Both the position numbers and the translations under genes were made by a program. The notes beneath the pieces are model-generated. The model saw nothing but the letters and a program-made list of their open reading frames with translations. It made no database searches and had not been told where the DNA came from. DNA of 64,000 bases from Raja brachyura (lineage: Eukaryota): positions 66,464,001 through 66,528,000 of the forward strand of contig OY740781.1 of the NCBI GenBank assembly GCA_963514005.1. The letters run 5' to 3'. Numbering within the stretch: position 1 is the first letter of the stretch; each line of letters starts with the position of its first letter. Shown piece after piece: positions 47,201-58,185 of the stretch.

Positions 47201-50200
47201 GACCTGGCCTTGGAACATCATATTCACTCCAATTTTGAAATTTGGAATTGAAATGATATGACCTTTTTGGATATGGCTTAAGAGGGGATGATGGAGGAAA
47301 TCTGAAAAATAAAAGGAATGATAAAAATAAAAGGAATAATAAAATGACTTTACTTATACCATCATTAACAATTACAATATTCAATAAGTGGGCTATGGAA
47401 ATTAGAATCATTTGCCCAGAATTTATACTACAAATGTAAAATGATTTTGCTCTATACAAACACATTTACGTCCAAATGCAGTTTGCATTGAGAAGCAACC
47501 CAGTAAGGTATCGACATACCATGATTGCGCACATTAACTCCAGCCACCCAGTTAGCCTTGATCCACTGCAGTTTGCTTACTGTCACAACAGCAGTTGCCA
47601 TCTCCCGAGCTGAAAACCCATCTCTGGAACAACTTGATAACAAGGACTCCTATGTTGGGCTTCTTCCCCTCTGTTATCAGCCTTCTGAATCATCTTTCCA
47701 TAAGCTAGGGTACTGTTTGATTCACCTCCACCCATTGCGTACATTGAACTTTATCAAAGGTATTGATGTGCTAAAATGCAGAGTACTATATTCTGCATCC
47801 TGTATCTCCCCCTTTGTTCCATCTATTGGACTCTAGTTGGACTTGAATGTATTTATGTGTAGTATTGTCTGATTTGATTGTAGAATAACATTTTTCATTG
47901 TACCTTAGTAGACTTGACAATAATAAACCTCAAATTAAATAAACACTGCTTACGCCAACAATTCCAATAGTTTAGCATTGGTCCTCAGCCAAAACAACAT
48001 TAATGTCACTTCATGTAGATGACTTAATAAAGCACAATTCCATGGAATCCATGTTGCATAAACTAGATACATATAGCGTGATGAAATAAACTTTTAATAA
48101 AATCTTTCTGGAAAGTGAAGTTTAAGTCACAACAAAACTGCAGGCAAAATCACATTTCCAGATATGCCATGGCAAATCAAGGTATTTATCACACACTGTG
48201 GTGTGCAACCCAAGAGTATAGGAAAGGAGAAAGAAAATTGTTATAATTAGAAATTGCTCCATTCATTGATAAGTTGTATACCGTTTTCTTTTCCACAAGT
48301 ATTTTTTTTTTTTTAATTTTGTTGTTGTTTAAATTTTATTTTATTTTTTTTATTTTTTTTATTTTTTTAAATTTCTCTCTTCTTTATATTAATCAACTAT
48401 AATCATACTCTTATAATTATTCACTATTCTTTCTTTATACTTTTTTCACTCTATAAAAAAAGGGAGGCCAATATATATATTTTGTTAACATTTATATAAT
48501 TTTGGAAAGATGTATTAACTACACTTGGAAAAAATTGCTATATTATTTGTTATATGTATGACCTCTAATAAAAATATATTGAAAAAAAAAAAGAAAATTG
48601 TAACCACAAATGCCTTTTCCTATACATTACTTTTGCTTACCAATGGATCCTGAATATACTGTAAAGTTGCCCGGCTTGAAATGCACAAAATACCTTCAAC
48701 CCAGTAACAGCAGTCACGTACACAATGCCTTATGCAGATGAAAATTCATAACTCATTCCGATTAAACTGTCAATCATTACTTACATTAATGGATAAGAAT
48801 ATTATTCAATTTTTTTGCAGGCAAAACAGCAATATGATAGTAAATTATTCTACTAAGAAAATAAGATTTTTATGATGAACAAGAGATTGACTGTGAGGAA
48901 TATCTTTTTCAAATTAAGTTTAAATGTAATATTTGATGTACCTGAACAGATCAGAAGAAATGCTCTGCTCTTTATCAACCAGGTATTATCTTGCAAGGTA
49001 AGATAGATTAATTAGGAACATTTTGACCCAAGAAAACAGCCACAGGAAGCAAAACACCATATTGGATACCATCTATTTCCTGTAATCTACAAATTTACTA
49101 ACCATGCTTTGCACATTCTAATAATTGATATTAATAAAAAATGACAAATGGCCAAGCACTGACCTCCCCAAGGCAAACCACTTCCCAGGAACCTTGTCCA
49201 AAGAGCAACCTTCCACTACCACCATCTACTTCCTCCAATTAAGCCAATTATGTATCCAATTATCCAGCTTTAACAGAAAAGCTACTGGCATGTTGGCCTT
49301 CAGAACAAGAGGAGTTGAGTATAGGAGCAAAGAGGTCCTCCTGCAGTTTGGACTGGACCCTAGTGAGCACACCTGGAGTATTGTGTGCAGTTTTGGTCTC
49401 CAAATTTGATGAAGAACATTCTTGCCATTGAGGGAGTGCAGCATAGCTTTATGAGGTTAATTCCCGGGATGGTGGGACTGTCATATGTTGATGGTGTGGA
49501 GCGGCTGGACTTGTATACTCTGGAATTTAGAAGAATGAGATGGGATCACTGGTGGCGCTGTCTTTTTTTTGTCTTGTTAGATGGATGTTTTAGTTTATTT
49601 TTAGTTGTGTATGTGTGGGGGAAATTTGTTTTAACCTCTTCCTTCAAGGGGATGCGACCTTTTCCTTGTATCTCCTTCTCTGTCTGTCCTGAGGCCTAAT
49701 CGTGGAGCTGGCGGCCTCCAACTGGAACTGACCTTGAGGCTCCAGAGGCAGAGCCTGTGGACTCACCATCGCGAAGCTTGGCTGTATTCAGGGCTGTGGT
49801 TGCGCTGTGACTGTGGCCCGACTTCGGTGCCTCAGATGCTTCGGCTGCGTGCCCAATGGACTCTGCCTCGGGTCCAGTGGACGACAACATCAGGAGCTTG
49901 CAGGTCCCAGGTTGGTGACCGATTCTCCAGAGCTCCCGCAACAGCAGATTCATCTGCTGGACTGGAGGGTGGCAGCTTCGTCCGCCCCGGGCCGCGGAGT
50001 TTGAATTGGCCCATTTGTGGAGCTTGGATTCGGCCGCAGGACTTACCATTACCCGGCGGAGGGCCCGCCATTGAAAGCCTGGAACGCCTCAATGCAGGAG
50101 AACAAGCAAGGAAGAGATAAGACTTTAAGAATTTTTGCCTTCCATCACAGTGAGGAGGTACCTGAAGATTCACTGTGATGGATGTTTGTGTTAAACTGTG

Positions 50201-53200
50201 TTCATTGTGTGTTCCGTTACTTTATTTTCTGTCATGACTGCAAGGTACCCAATTTTGTTCAAACAAATACGTTTGAATGACAATAAAGGAAACTCAATCT
50301 TATTGAAACATATGATTATTAAGGGATTGGACACGCTAGAGGCAGGAAGCATGTTCCCGATGTTGGGGGAGTCCAGAACGAGGGGCCACAGTTTACCAAT
50401 AAGGGGTAGGCCATTTAAAACAGAGATGAGGAAAAACTTTTTCATCCAGACAGTTGTGGAATTCTCTGCCTCACAAGGCAGTGGGGGCCAATTCTCTGTA
50501 TGCTTTCAAGAGCAAGTCAGATAGAGCTCTTAAAGACAGCAGTCAAGGGATATGGTAAGAAGGCAGGAACGGGGTACTGATTGTGGATGATCAGCCATGA
50601 TCACATTGAATGGCGGTGCTGGCTCGAAGGGCCGAATCGCCTACTCCTGCACCTATTGTCTATTGACCCCATGAAATCTAACTTTCCAAAGCAGCCGACA
50701 GTGCAGGACCTAAAAGGCTTTGCTGAAATCAATCTAGACTATGTCTGCGGCCTGTCATCATTAACCAGTGCTGGTTGGTAGATTAATTTGCCATTGTAAA
50801 GTGACTCAAATATAGGCAGGTTGGTCCTCTCTCACTTCCATCCAGCAACACCAGTCATCCTTGCTAGTGAGACAGATTCATGTACACCTCTTCCAACTTG
50901 TCTATTGCATTCGATGCTCCAGATGTCATATGATTTAATAACCAAATAACAATTACAGCACGGAAACAGGCCTTCTCGGCCCTTCCAGTCCGTGCAGACC
51001 ATTTATTTTCCCCTAGTCCCATCTACCTGCACTCAGACCATACCCCTACATTCCCTTCCCGTCCATATACCTATCCACTTTACTTTTAAATGTTAAAATC
51101 GATCCTGCCTCCACCACTTCTGCACCATTCCACACAGCCACCACTCTCTGAGTAAAGAAGTTCCCCCTCATGTTACCCCTAAACTTCTGTCCCTTAATTC
51201 TCATGTCATGCCCTCTCGTTTGAATCTTTCCTACCCTCAATGGGAAAAGCTTATCCACGTCAACTCTGTCTATCCCTTTCATGATTTTAAAGACCTCAAT
51301 CAAGTCCCCCCCTTAACCTTCTGCGCTCCAAAGAATAAAGACCTAACTTGTTCTACCTTTCTCTGTAACTTAGTTGCTGGAACCCAGGCAACATTCTAGT
51401 AAATCTCCTCTGTACTCTCTCTAATTTGTTGACATCCTTCCTATAATTAGGCGACCAAAACTGTACACCATACTCCAGAATTGGTCTTACCAATGCCTTA
51501 TACAATTTTAACATTACTTCCCTACTCCTATATTCAATGTTCTGATTTATAAAGGCCAGCACACCAAAAGCTTTCTTTACCACCCTATCTACATGCGATT
51601 CCACCTTCAGGGAACTATGCACAGTTATTCCTAGATCCCTCTGTTCCACAGCATTCCTCAATTCCCTACCATTTACCATGTACGTCCTATTTTGATTTGT
51701 CCTGCCAAGATGTAGCACCTCATACTTATCAGCATTAAACTCCATCTGCCATCTTTCAGCCCACTCTTCCAAATGGCCCAAATCTCTCTGTAGAGTTTGA
51801 AAATCTACTTAATTATCCACAGCACCCCCTATCTTAGTATCATCTGCATACTTACTTATCCAATTTTCCACCCCATCATCTAGATCATTGATGTACATGG
51901 CAAACAACAGTGGACCCAACGCAGATCCCTGAGGCACCCCACTCGCCACCGGCTTCCAACCTGACAAACAGCCATCCACCATTACTCTCTGGCATCTCCC
52001 ATTCGGCCACTGTTGAATCCATCTTGCTACTCCGCCATTAACACCCAACGATTGAACCTTCTTAACCAACCTTCCATGGGGAACCTTGTCAAAGGCCTTA
52101 CTGAAATCCATATAGACAACATCCACTGCTTTACCCTCATCAATTTCCCTAGTAACCTCTTCAAAAAAATCAAGGTTTGTCAAACATGACCTTCCAGGCA
52201 CAAATCCATGTTGACTGTTCTTGATCAGACCCTGTTTATCCAGATGCTTATATATATTATCTCTAAGTTTCCTTTCCATTAATTTGCCCACCACTGACGT
52301 CAAACTAACAGGTCTATAATTGCTAGGTTTATTCTTTGAACCCTTTTTAAACAATGGAACAACATGCGCAGTACGCCAATCCTCCGGCACTATTCCAGTT
52401 TCTAATGACATCTGAAATATTTCTGTCATAGCCCCTGCTATTTCTACACTAACTTCCCTCAATGTTTTAGGGAATATCCTGTCAGGACCTGGAGACTTCT
52501 CCACTTTTATATTTTTCAAAAGTGTCAGTACTTCCTCCTCTTTGAATCTCAGAGTTTCCATAGCTACTCTACTTTTTTCCCTTCTCACAGAGTTCAATAT
52601 CCTTCTCCTTGGTGAATACCGAAGAAAAGAAATTGTTCAATATCTCCCCCATCTCTTTTGGCTCTGCAGATAGTTGTCCATTCTGGCTCTCTAATGGTCC
52701 AATGTTATCCCTCGTTATCCTTTTGCTATTAATATAGCAGTAGAAACCCTTTGGATTTACTTTCACCTTTCTTGCCAAAGCAACCTCATATCTTCTTTTA
52801 GCTTTACTTATTTCTTTCTTAAGATTATTTTTACATTCTTTATATTCATCTATCACCTCATTTACTCCATGCCTCCTATAAATATTGTAGATATCTCTCT
52901 TTTTTCAAACCAAGTGTCCAATATCCCTTGAAAACCATAGCTCTTTCCGATTTTTACTATTTCCTTTCAACCGAACAGGGACATAAAGATTCTGTACTCT
53001 TACAATTTCCCCTTTAAATGTCCTCCATTTCTCTTCTACATCCTTCCCATAAAACAAAATGTCCCAATGTCACCTCCTTTAATCAGCGAGATTAAGTGTA
53101 GACAAGGCAACCATGCCGAACACTTCCGCTCTCTGTCCAACATGGCCTGCTGTAACTCCTGGTTGCTAACCATTTTAACTTCCCTTTCCATAGCAACCCA

Positions 53201-54189
53201 TCTATCCTCAGCGTCTTCCATTGTCTGAGCGAGGCCACATGCAAACTGGAAGAACAGCACCACATATTCCACTTGAATATCCTACGGCCTAACAGTATGA
53301 ACACTGAACTCGTCAATTGATACCCCTCCATGCCCCCCTCTCCTCTGTCCTAAACCTCCACACCAGCAATCACGCATTTCTCCCATAATCACCGTGCTCA
53401 TTCCCCTCCTCCATATGCTCAGCTCCTATCTCTCACTCCCATATTACCCTTTCATCCCACATGTTTACCCTCCCTGCTGACCCACTCCACCCATAAACCT
53501 TCCTCGGGTTTTACATTTTACACTTCCACTTCTTTCTTTATCTGATACCCTTTTATCTCCTTTTCACCTCTAGCCTTTGTCACCTACTCCACCCCTCTGC
53601 CAACCCCGACTCTGTTCCAGCTTTCTCCCCACCCCCCTCCTCCATCAGTCTGAAGAAAGGTCATGACACAAAATGTTGTATGTCCATTCCCTCCACAAAG
53701 ACTGGTTGACCCACCGAGCTCCTCCATAAATTTGTTTATGGAAAGTGGACAGAGATGCAAGAGGACACTAAAAATGGGATTAGTATACAAGTTCTTGTTG
53801 ATCAACGTGAGTGCATAGGGCCAAAGAGCTCTCTCCTTCCAGTAAGATTTGAAGATGTAGGAAAAGGATAAAAAGTATGAGTGTAATCACTGTCACAAAT
53901 CACATTTTGCAATGCTGCCATACCTGTACAATCGATTATTATCTTCAAAGTCTTCTTTTCCCCATCTTCCTTTAATATCTTCAATCACATGATTTTTAAA
54001 GAATTTTTTCAGCAGCTGTACAGTCTGGTAACGAGTAACATCAGGTCCAAAATTGTGATTACTTCTGAGTAATCGATTTAAATAATCAGTCCCCTCTGTG
54101 GCAGTAAAGCAGCGATCATGAGTCCGGAAGTGAAGGCGATGTCTTCTCAGAGGCATTCCAGCTCGAAAAAGCTCAATAATTTCATTCCA
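29614..54189 (-). CDS. DEPDC1B: DEP domain-containing protein 1B, coding exons 2-11 (5'-partial; exon 1 not found in window)
   Basis: Ten GT-AG exons (266+127+128+131+48+141+167+177+177+162 = 1524 nt) join in phase with no internal stop. The product has a DEP domain, a RhoGAP-like domain and the C-terminus ...[12 protein letters not shown], matching recalled vertebrate DEPDC1B (...FQPFQRTRSFRM). Confidence 0.96.
29826..30367. mobile_element. Possible Tc1/mariner (Tigger-like) MITE in DEPDC1B intron 10
   Basis: Right end TGCAAGTCGGGGAGTGCCTG-TA. The left end TA-CAGACTTGCA matches it if ~10 nt were deleted. Confidence 0.45.
30960..31255 (+). mobile_element. Rex1-type 3' UTR fragment
   Basis: Homologous to 47650-47935; ends AATAAACCTAAACC. 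Confidence 0.55.
32119..32295 (-). CDS. DEPDC1B: DEPDC1B exon 10
   Basis: ttccctag|ATT...CAG|gtaaag; [24 protein letters not shown]...KEKKKKLKQ. Confidence 0.93.
32447..32623 (-). CDS. DEPDC1B: DEPDC1B exon 9
   Basis: tttgaag|ATG...CAG|gtactt; [41 protein letters not shown]...HLRRVQ. Confidence 0.95.
33020..33420 (-). mobile_element. CR1 3' fragment (second lineage)
   Basis: Reverse complement of ~19560-19970. Confidence 0.85.
33899..34065 (-). CDS. DEPDC1B: DEPDC1B exon 8 (RhoGAP-like)
   Basis: gctag|GT CTT...ACA TTG|gtgagt; [55 protein letters not shown]. Confidence 0.94.
34543..35098. other. Assembly gap (556 N) in DEPDC1B intron 7
   Basis: Run of N. Confidence 0.99.
35099..35330. repeat. 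GA-rich microsatellite / low complexity
   Basis: (GA)n runs abutting the gap. Confidence 0.9.
35330..36360 (-). mobile_element. CR1 ORF2 fragment with a short inverted piece (35330-35423)
   Basis: [11 protein letters not shown]...[10 protein letters not shown]...FADDTK on the minus strand. Confidence 0.85.
37397..37537 (-). CDS. DEPDC1B: DEPDC1B exon 7
   Basis: ttttccgag|GG CCA...TTA G|gtgggt; [46 protein letters not shown]. Confidence 0.93.
38662..38709 (-). CDS. DEPDC1B: DEPDC1B exon 6 (48 nt)
   Basis: aaaatag|AA GAG...AAC T|gtaagt; [15 protein letters not shown]. Confidence 0.94.
39396..40636 (-). mobile_element. Non-autonomous Helitron, both ends visible
   Basis: Minus strand: A|TCTATCTATCTCAC ... 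GGGTCTGCACTTGGTCTAG|T, inserted at an AT dinucleotide without a TSD. The 3' part is homologous to 61100-61393. Confidence 0.75.
40706..40836 (-). CDS. DEPDC1B: DEPDC1B exon 5
   Basis: ttttccag|T TTG CAG...TTG G|gtatgt; [43 protein letters not shown] (not in ORF track; read by hand). Confidence 0.94.
41137..42037 (+). mobile_element. Non-autonomous Helitron inserted in a CR1
   Basis: 5' end homologous to the 2949 copy; 3' end degenerate (GGGACTCAAC...GTCTTG|T); CR1 sequence on both sides. Confidence 0.65.
42038..43000 (-). mobile_element. Old CR1 fragment (tail at ~41030-41136)
   Basis: [31 protein letters not shown]. Confidence 0.75.
43545..44770 (-). mobile_element. Nested old CR1 3' fragments
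   Basis: [14 protein letters not shown]...[10 protein letters not shown] and related CR1 3' sequence. Confidence 0.75.
45760..45887 (-). CDS. DEPDC1B: DEPDC1B exon 4
   Basis: ttttgcag|AAC...GCA CA|gtatgt; [42 protein letters not shown]. Confidence 0.95.
46486..46795 (-). mobile_element. tRNA-derived V-SINE (HE1-like)
   Basis: tRNA-like head, V-domain TGTGTGGAGTTTGCACGTTCTCC...GGTTTCCTCCCACA, and a CR1-like tail. Confidence 0.85.
47175..47301 (-). CDS. DEPDC1B: DEPDC1B exon 3
   Basis: ttttcag|A TTT CCT...ATT TTG|gtaagc; [13 protein letters not shown]...VRPIIL. Confidence 0.94.
47520..47935 (+). mobile_element. Internally deleted Rex1-type element
   Basis: [10 protein letters not shown]-like RT piece joined to a 3' UTR ending TGACAATAATAAACC. 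Confidence 0.6.
48242..48589 (+). mobile_element. Poly(A)-tailed L1-type 3' fragment with TSD
   Basis: AATAAA plus A-tail; direct repeat AAAGAAAATTGT at 48230-48241 and 48590-48601. Confidence 0.65.
49270..50665 (+). mobile_element. CR1 3' fragment split by the insertion at 49548-50298
   Basis: LEFRRMR..GATC | insert | TTATTGAAACATATG continuing to the 3' tail. Confidence 0.85.
49548..50298 (+). mobile_element. ~750-bp GC-rich non-autonomous retroelement, copy 2
   Basis: Colinear with 6249-7010; ends TGAATGACAATAAAGG. Confidence 0.75.
50940..53075 (-). mobile_element. 5'-truncated CR1 (second lineage), ~2.1 kb
   Basis: [40 protein letters not shown]; a few frameshifts. Confidence 0.92.
53080..53730 (+). 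mobile_element. Old Penelope-like fragment (EN C-terminus plus terminal repeat)
   Basis: [20 protein letters not shown] remnants; degenerate CTGAAGAAAGGTC core at ~53650. Confidence 0.7.
53924..54189 (-). CDS. DEPDC1B: DEPDC1B exon 2 (DEP domain)
   Basis: cccag|TGG...TACAG|gtatgg; [33 protein letters not shown]...[25 protein letters not shown]. Confidence 0.96.
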
Positions 54190-54361
54190 CTGGGAAAGGT
54201 AGGAAAAATATAAAGATTAGCAAAATAACATTTGTTCTTAGTCTTCTGCTGATGCTTATTTTGAGGTTAGATTATACATTTACAATTTATTTTGTCCAGA
54301 TCCTTTACCTACTGGTTTCTTCCTCTGAAAATTGCAGATTAAATTTTGTAAAAATTAATGA

Positions 54362-55380
54362 ATCTTTTATTTTTTTAATTTTCTTTATTGGAAGTAATGT
54401 ACATTGCAATGATACAAGTCAAAAATAACATAATACATTTCCTGTACCACTTCTTATTTTATACCTTAAGACGAAGAAGAATAGAGAGTTAGATAGGATA
54501 GTAAGTGCGTGAAAGAGTGATTAGGAAGAACCCGTAGAAGCGTAGGACACAAGAAAGACTAAAAAAGAAAAACAAAGGAAAAGAAAAAATAGAAAATATG
54601 AGAAAGTAAAATAAGCTAAGATAAAAGGGCGGTACCTACTTTGTTTCTTTACACACCCTCACCAGGTCCTGATACCATTTATTTTCAGAGTTGTGTTGCA
54701 CCCTATGCTTGTAATAAGTCGATAAATGGAGACCGAATCTTATGGAAATGGTCTGATTTGCCTGCTAGGAGAAATCTCATATCTTCTAGGTGTAACATTT
54801 CGGACATATTTGAAATCCACATTTTTATCGTGGTGTGGGATCGTTTTTTCCAGAATTTAAGTATAAGTTTTTTTTTGCCATTATAAACCATTATTAAGGA
54901 AGCTCTTTTGGAACCAAGTCAGCTCAAAGCTGGCTTCCATTGTTCCAAAAATAATCAATTCTGAATTTGGTTTCAATTTTATTTTGAATAATTTTGTAAA
55001 AAATTCAAATATTTCATTCCAGAATGTTTGGATTTTTATGCCAAAAACAAAGGGATGTGCTATGGTTGCTTCTTGGGATAGACATTTATCACAAATTGGG
55101 GAGACATTTGGAAAAAAATTACTTATTTTAATTTTTGAATAATAGTCTATGTAAAGTTTTAAATTGGATTAAAATATGAATAACATTGATCGAGCATTTG
55201 TGCACATATAGCAAGTGTTTATCCCAACTATTGTTCGAGATTTTCATAGCTAATTCTTGTTCCCAACCTCTTCTAATTCTATCAGATGATGGTATTTCTA
55301 TATTTAGGATAATATTATACAAATATGATATTAAATTAGTTGAATCTGCCTTTATATTAATTGCTTCGTCTAATAAGTCT
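54362..55380 (-). mobile_element. L1-clade LINE 3' fragment
   Basis: HKCSINV..LIQFKTLHRL..PICDKC..ATIAH..FWNEIF..KKLILKFWK..SPFIDLLQ (zf-RVT region), with an A-rich tail. Confidence 0.82.
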
Positions 55381-55625
55381 GGAGACAAAGTTGATGAAGA
55401 GATTGCAGGGACCTTGATAGAGGTATTTGTATTGTCTTGTATTTGCATCTTCTCTAGCCAAAGGCAAGGTCCCGGAGGACTAGAAGCCAATGTCATTCCT
55501 TTGTCTAAGAAGGCAGGTTCCAGGAAATTATCCACCCGTGAGCCTGACATCAGTGGTAGGGAAGCTATTGGAGAAGATCCTTTGGAACAGGATTTACTCG
55601 CATTAGAAAATGAATTGGATAATAA

Positions 55626-56365
55626 TGGGCCTGTCCCACTTGGGCAACTTCAGGAGACTCTGCGGTAAACACATGTTCACGGGTAGTTGACGGGGAGTCG
55701 CCTTCATGGTCGTGAGGAGTTCCCGCATTCTGGGAACTAGTTGCGGCCTCATTGTGGTCGCCACAAATTTTTCAACATGTTGAAAAATTAGCGATGGCTA
55801 GAATAAAACCGCCGTGGACAGTAGCGAGAATTCTTGTGCCATTGGTGGGTCGCCAAGAGGTCCTAGTGGGTTGCCAGGTCGAAGTTTCTCGTAGGTTGTA
55901 GCCGGTGCTGACCGGTGAATTTCATTGGCTCAATGGGGAAAAAAAACGTACGCAGTAGTTTTCAGAACCATGGATAACCGACCAGTAATGTTAATGTCCG
56001 CCGAGCTTCACAGCCGTGTATCTCTGGCTTCTTAAAAGTTGTCTCCACTCTTTCTCCATCCTCCCTCTCCACCTCCACCTCCCCCCCCCCCCTTTAAAGG
56101 ACTTACCGTACATTGTGATTTTTAGCTTCTTAATTACAGCGCCAACCTCCCTGTTCATCGCGGTGTCTGTCTATCGCATTGGCTTTGCACGGTGTGAATT
56201 TCACTCAGACAGCGTCCGTCCGTCCCCCGCATGCCCTGTCTCCCGCCTGCTTAACGGGCTGGTGAAGGAAGTGATGTGTTTGTGTGTATCTTCCACTCTG
56301 AGAGTCACCGTTCCAGTTGCCAGTTTTTCAGGCGACTGAAAAATCGCCTAAGTGGGACAGGTCCT
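55626..56365. mobile_element. MITE with ~20-bp TIRs (probably PIF/Harbinger type)
   Basis: TGGGCCTGTCCCACTTGGGC ... GCCTAAGTGGGACAGGTCCT (17/20 complementary). No coding capacity; interrupts the CR1. Confidence 0.75.
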
Positions 56366-57071
56366 TTGGGGTCAGCCAACATGGTTTTGTCCACAGCAGA
56401 GTAGATCTTACTAACTTGATTGAGTGTTCTGAGATGACAAAGGTGATTGATGAGTGTAGAGTAATGGATGTTGTCTACGTGAATTTAGGTCAGGCATTTG
56501 AGAAAATCGGTCATAGTTGAGAGATTCAGAACAATAATAGGCATGGAATCCACAGTGACTTGTCAGATTGGATTTAGAACCAGTTTACTCAAAAAAGAGA
56601 GATGACTGTGGAGGGAAGGTGTTATTCCAGCTAGAGGTTTGTGACGAGTGATGTACTGTACCACATCTGCACTGGACCTATTGATTGTGACATATATAAA
56701 TGACTTGGATGTAAATATAGATGGGATGATTAATATGTTTGTGGATGACAATAAAATTGGTGAAGTTGCGGACAGTGAGGATGTCAAAGGATGCTACGGG
56801 ATATAGATCAGTTACAGATAAGGGAGGAAAAATGGCAGATGGGGTTTAATCCAAGCAAGTGAGAGGTGTTGCTCTTTAAAAGGTCAAATTCAAGGGAAGG
56901 GTACAAACCATAACAACATTGGTGTACAGAGGGATCGTGAGGTCCAAGTCTATAGCTCCCTGTAATACGAGTAGATAGAGTGGTAAAGGAGGCAAATGTT
57001 CCCTGCTCTATAAAACTTTGCCTTTATAAGAGGCTCTAGAGAGGGTGCAGAAGAGGTTTGCCACAATACTG

Positions 57072-57292
57072 AAGATAGACACAAAATGCTGGAGTAACTC
57101 AGCGGGACAGTCAGCATCTCTGGATAGAAGGAATGGGTGACGTTTCAGGTCGAGACCCTTCTTGAGTCTGAACAAGGGTCTCGAAACGTCATCCGTTCCT
57201 TCCATCCAGAGATGCTGCCCATCCCGCTGAGTTACTCCAGTATTTTGTGTTTATCTGCGGTTTAAACCAGCATCTGCAGCTCATTCCTACAC
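57072..57292. mobile_element. Penelope-like terminal repeat in foldback arrangement
   Basis: Inverted arms centred near 57166; flanks CCACAATACTG (57061-57071) and CCACAACACTG (57297-57307). Confidence 0.78.
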
Positions 57293-58185
57293 TTCCCCAC
57301 AACACTGCCTGGATTAGAAAGCATTAGCCATGAGGAGAGATTGGTCAAGCTTGGATTGTTTCCACAGGAGGATCGGAGGCTGAGGGGAGACCTGATAAAA
57401 GTACATTATACAGACCATTGGGGAATGCTATGATCGAGGATAGGATAGGCATAGATAGAATAGTCTATGAGAACCTTTATTCCCAGGGTGGAAATGTCAA
57501 AGACTAGAGGACAAAGCTTTATGACCAGAGGGGGAAAGTTTAAAAAGTAGTGTGCGGGACAATTTTCTGCATGGAGAGTTGTGGTTGTCTGGAACACACT
57601 GCCAGGGTTGATGGATAAAGCAGATACAATAGTGGTGTATAAGAGATTTCAAGATCTAAATTTGTATATGTAGGGAATTGAGGAATACAGATCATATGCA
57701 AGCAGAGTTGACTAACTTGAAATCATTTTCGGTACAGACACAGTGGGCCGAGCGACCTGTTCCTGTGCGGTACCATTCTATGTTCTCAAATTATATCTCA
57801 TTCAAGACGTTAATTATAGATGTAGTAGTCCCCAGGAATTACATCTCCCTCCTCACTTACCCAATTAGACACTTCCTTCTGGCTTTTCCCCCCACTAATT
57901 TATTAGCCCAAAAAACAGTTTTTATTCTGGTCTTCCTTTGGCTTTCCTCATATAACACTGTTCTCCTACTCCTTTATCACTACTTCAAAATGCAAATGTA
58001 ATTATACAGAATTAGATTCACAAGACAACTTTGCCTCACCAAAATTTGTCAATGTAAATGGAGTCATTTACAAAAGCAGAATAAATTAACAGTAAATAAA
58101 TCTTACTTTTGCATCGCAATAATTCTGCACATTCTTTCTCACTCCCCTCAGCTACCAACCCTAACTTTACAACAAAAATTCAATT

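Larger units (their letters stand above)
55380..57790 (+). mobile_element. Old CR1 ORF2 hosting MITE and Penelope insertions
   Basis: ANVIPL.KK, SQHGFV..LTNLIE, VDDNKIG and a 3' UTR across the insertions. Confidence 0.8.

Noticed and set aside
29614-54189. Assignment as DEPDC1A, DEPDC4 or DEPDC7
   Set aside because: No large DEPDC1A-type central exon was found (the 556-N gap is unread). The motifs [22 protein letters not shown] and the C-terminal RSFRM fit DEPDC1B.
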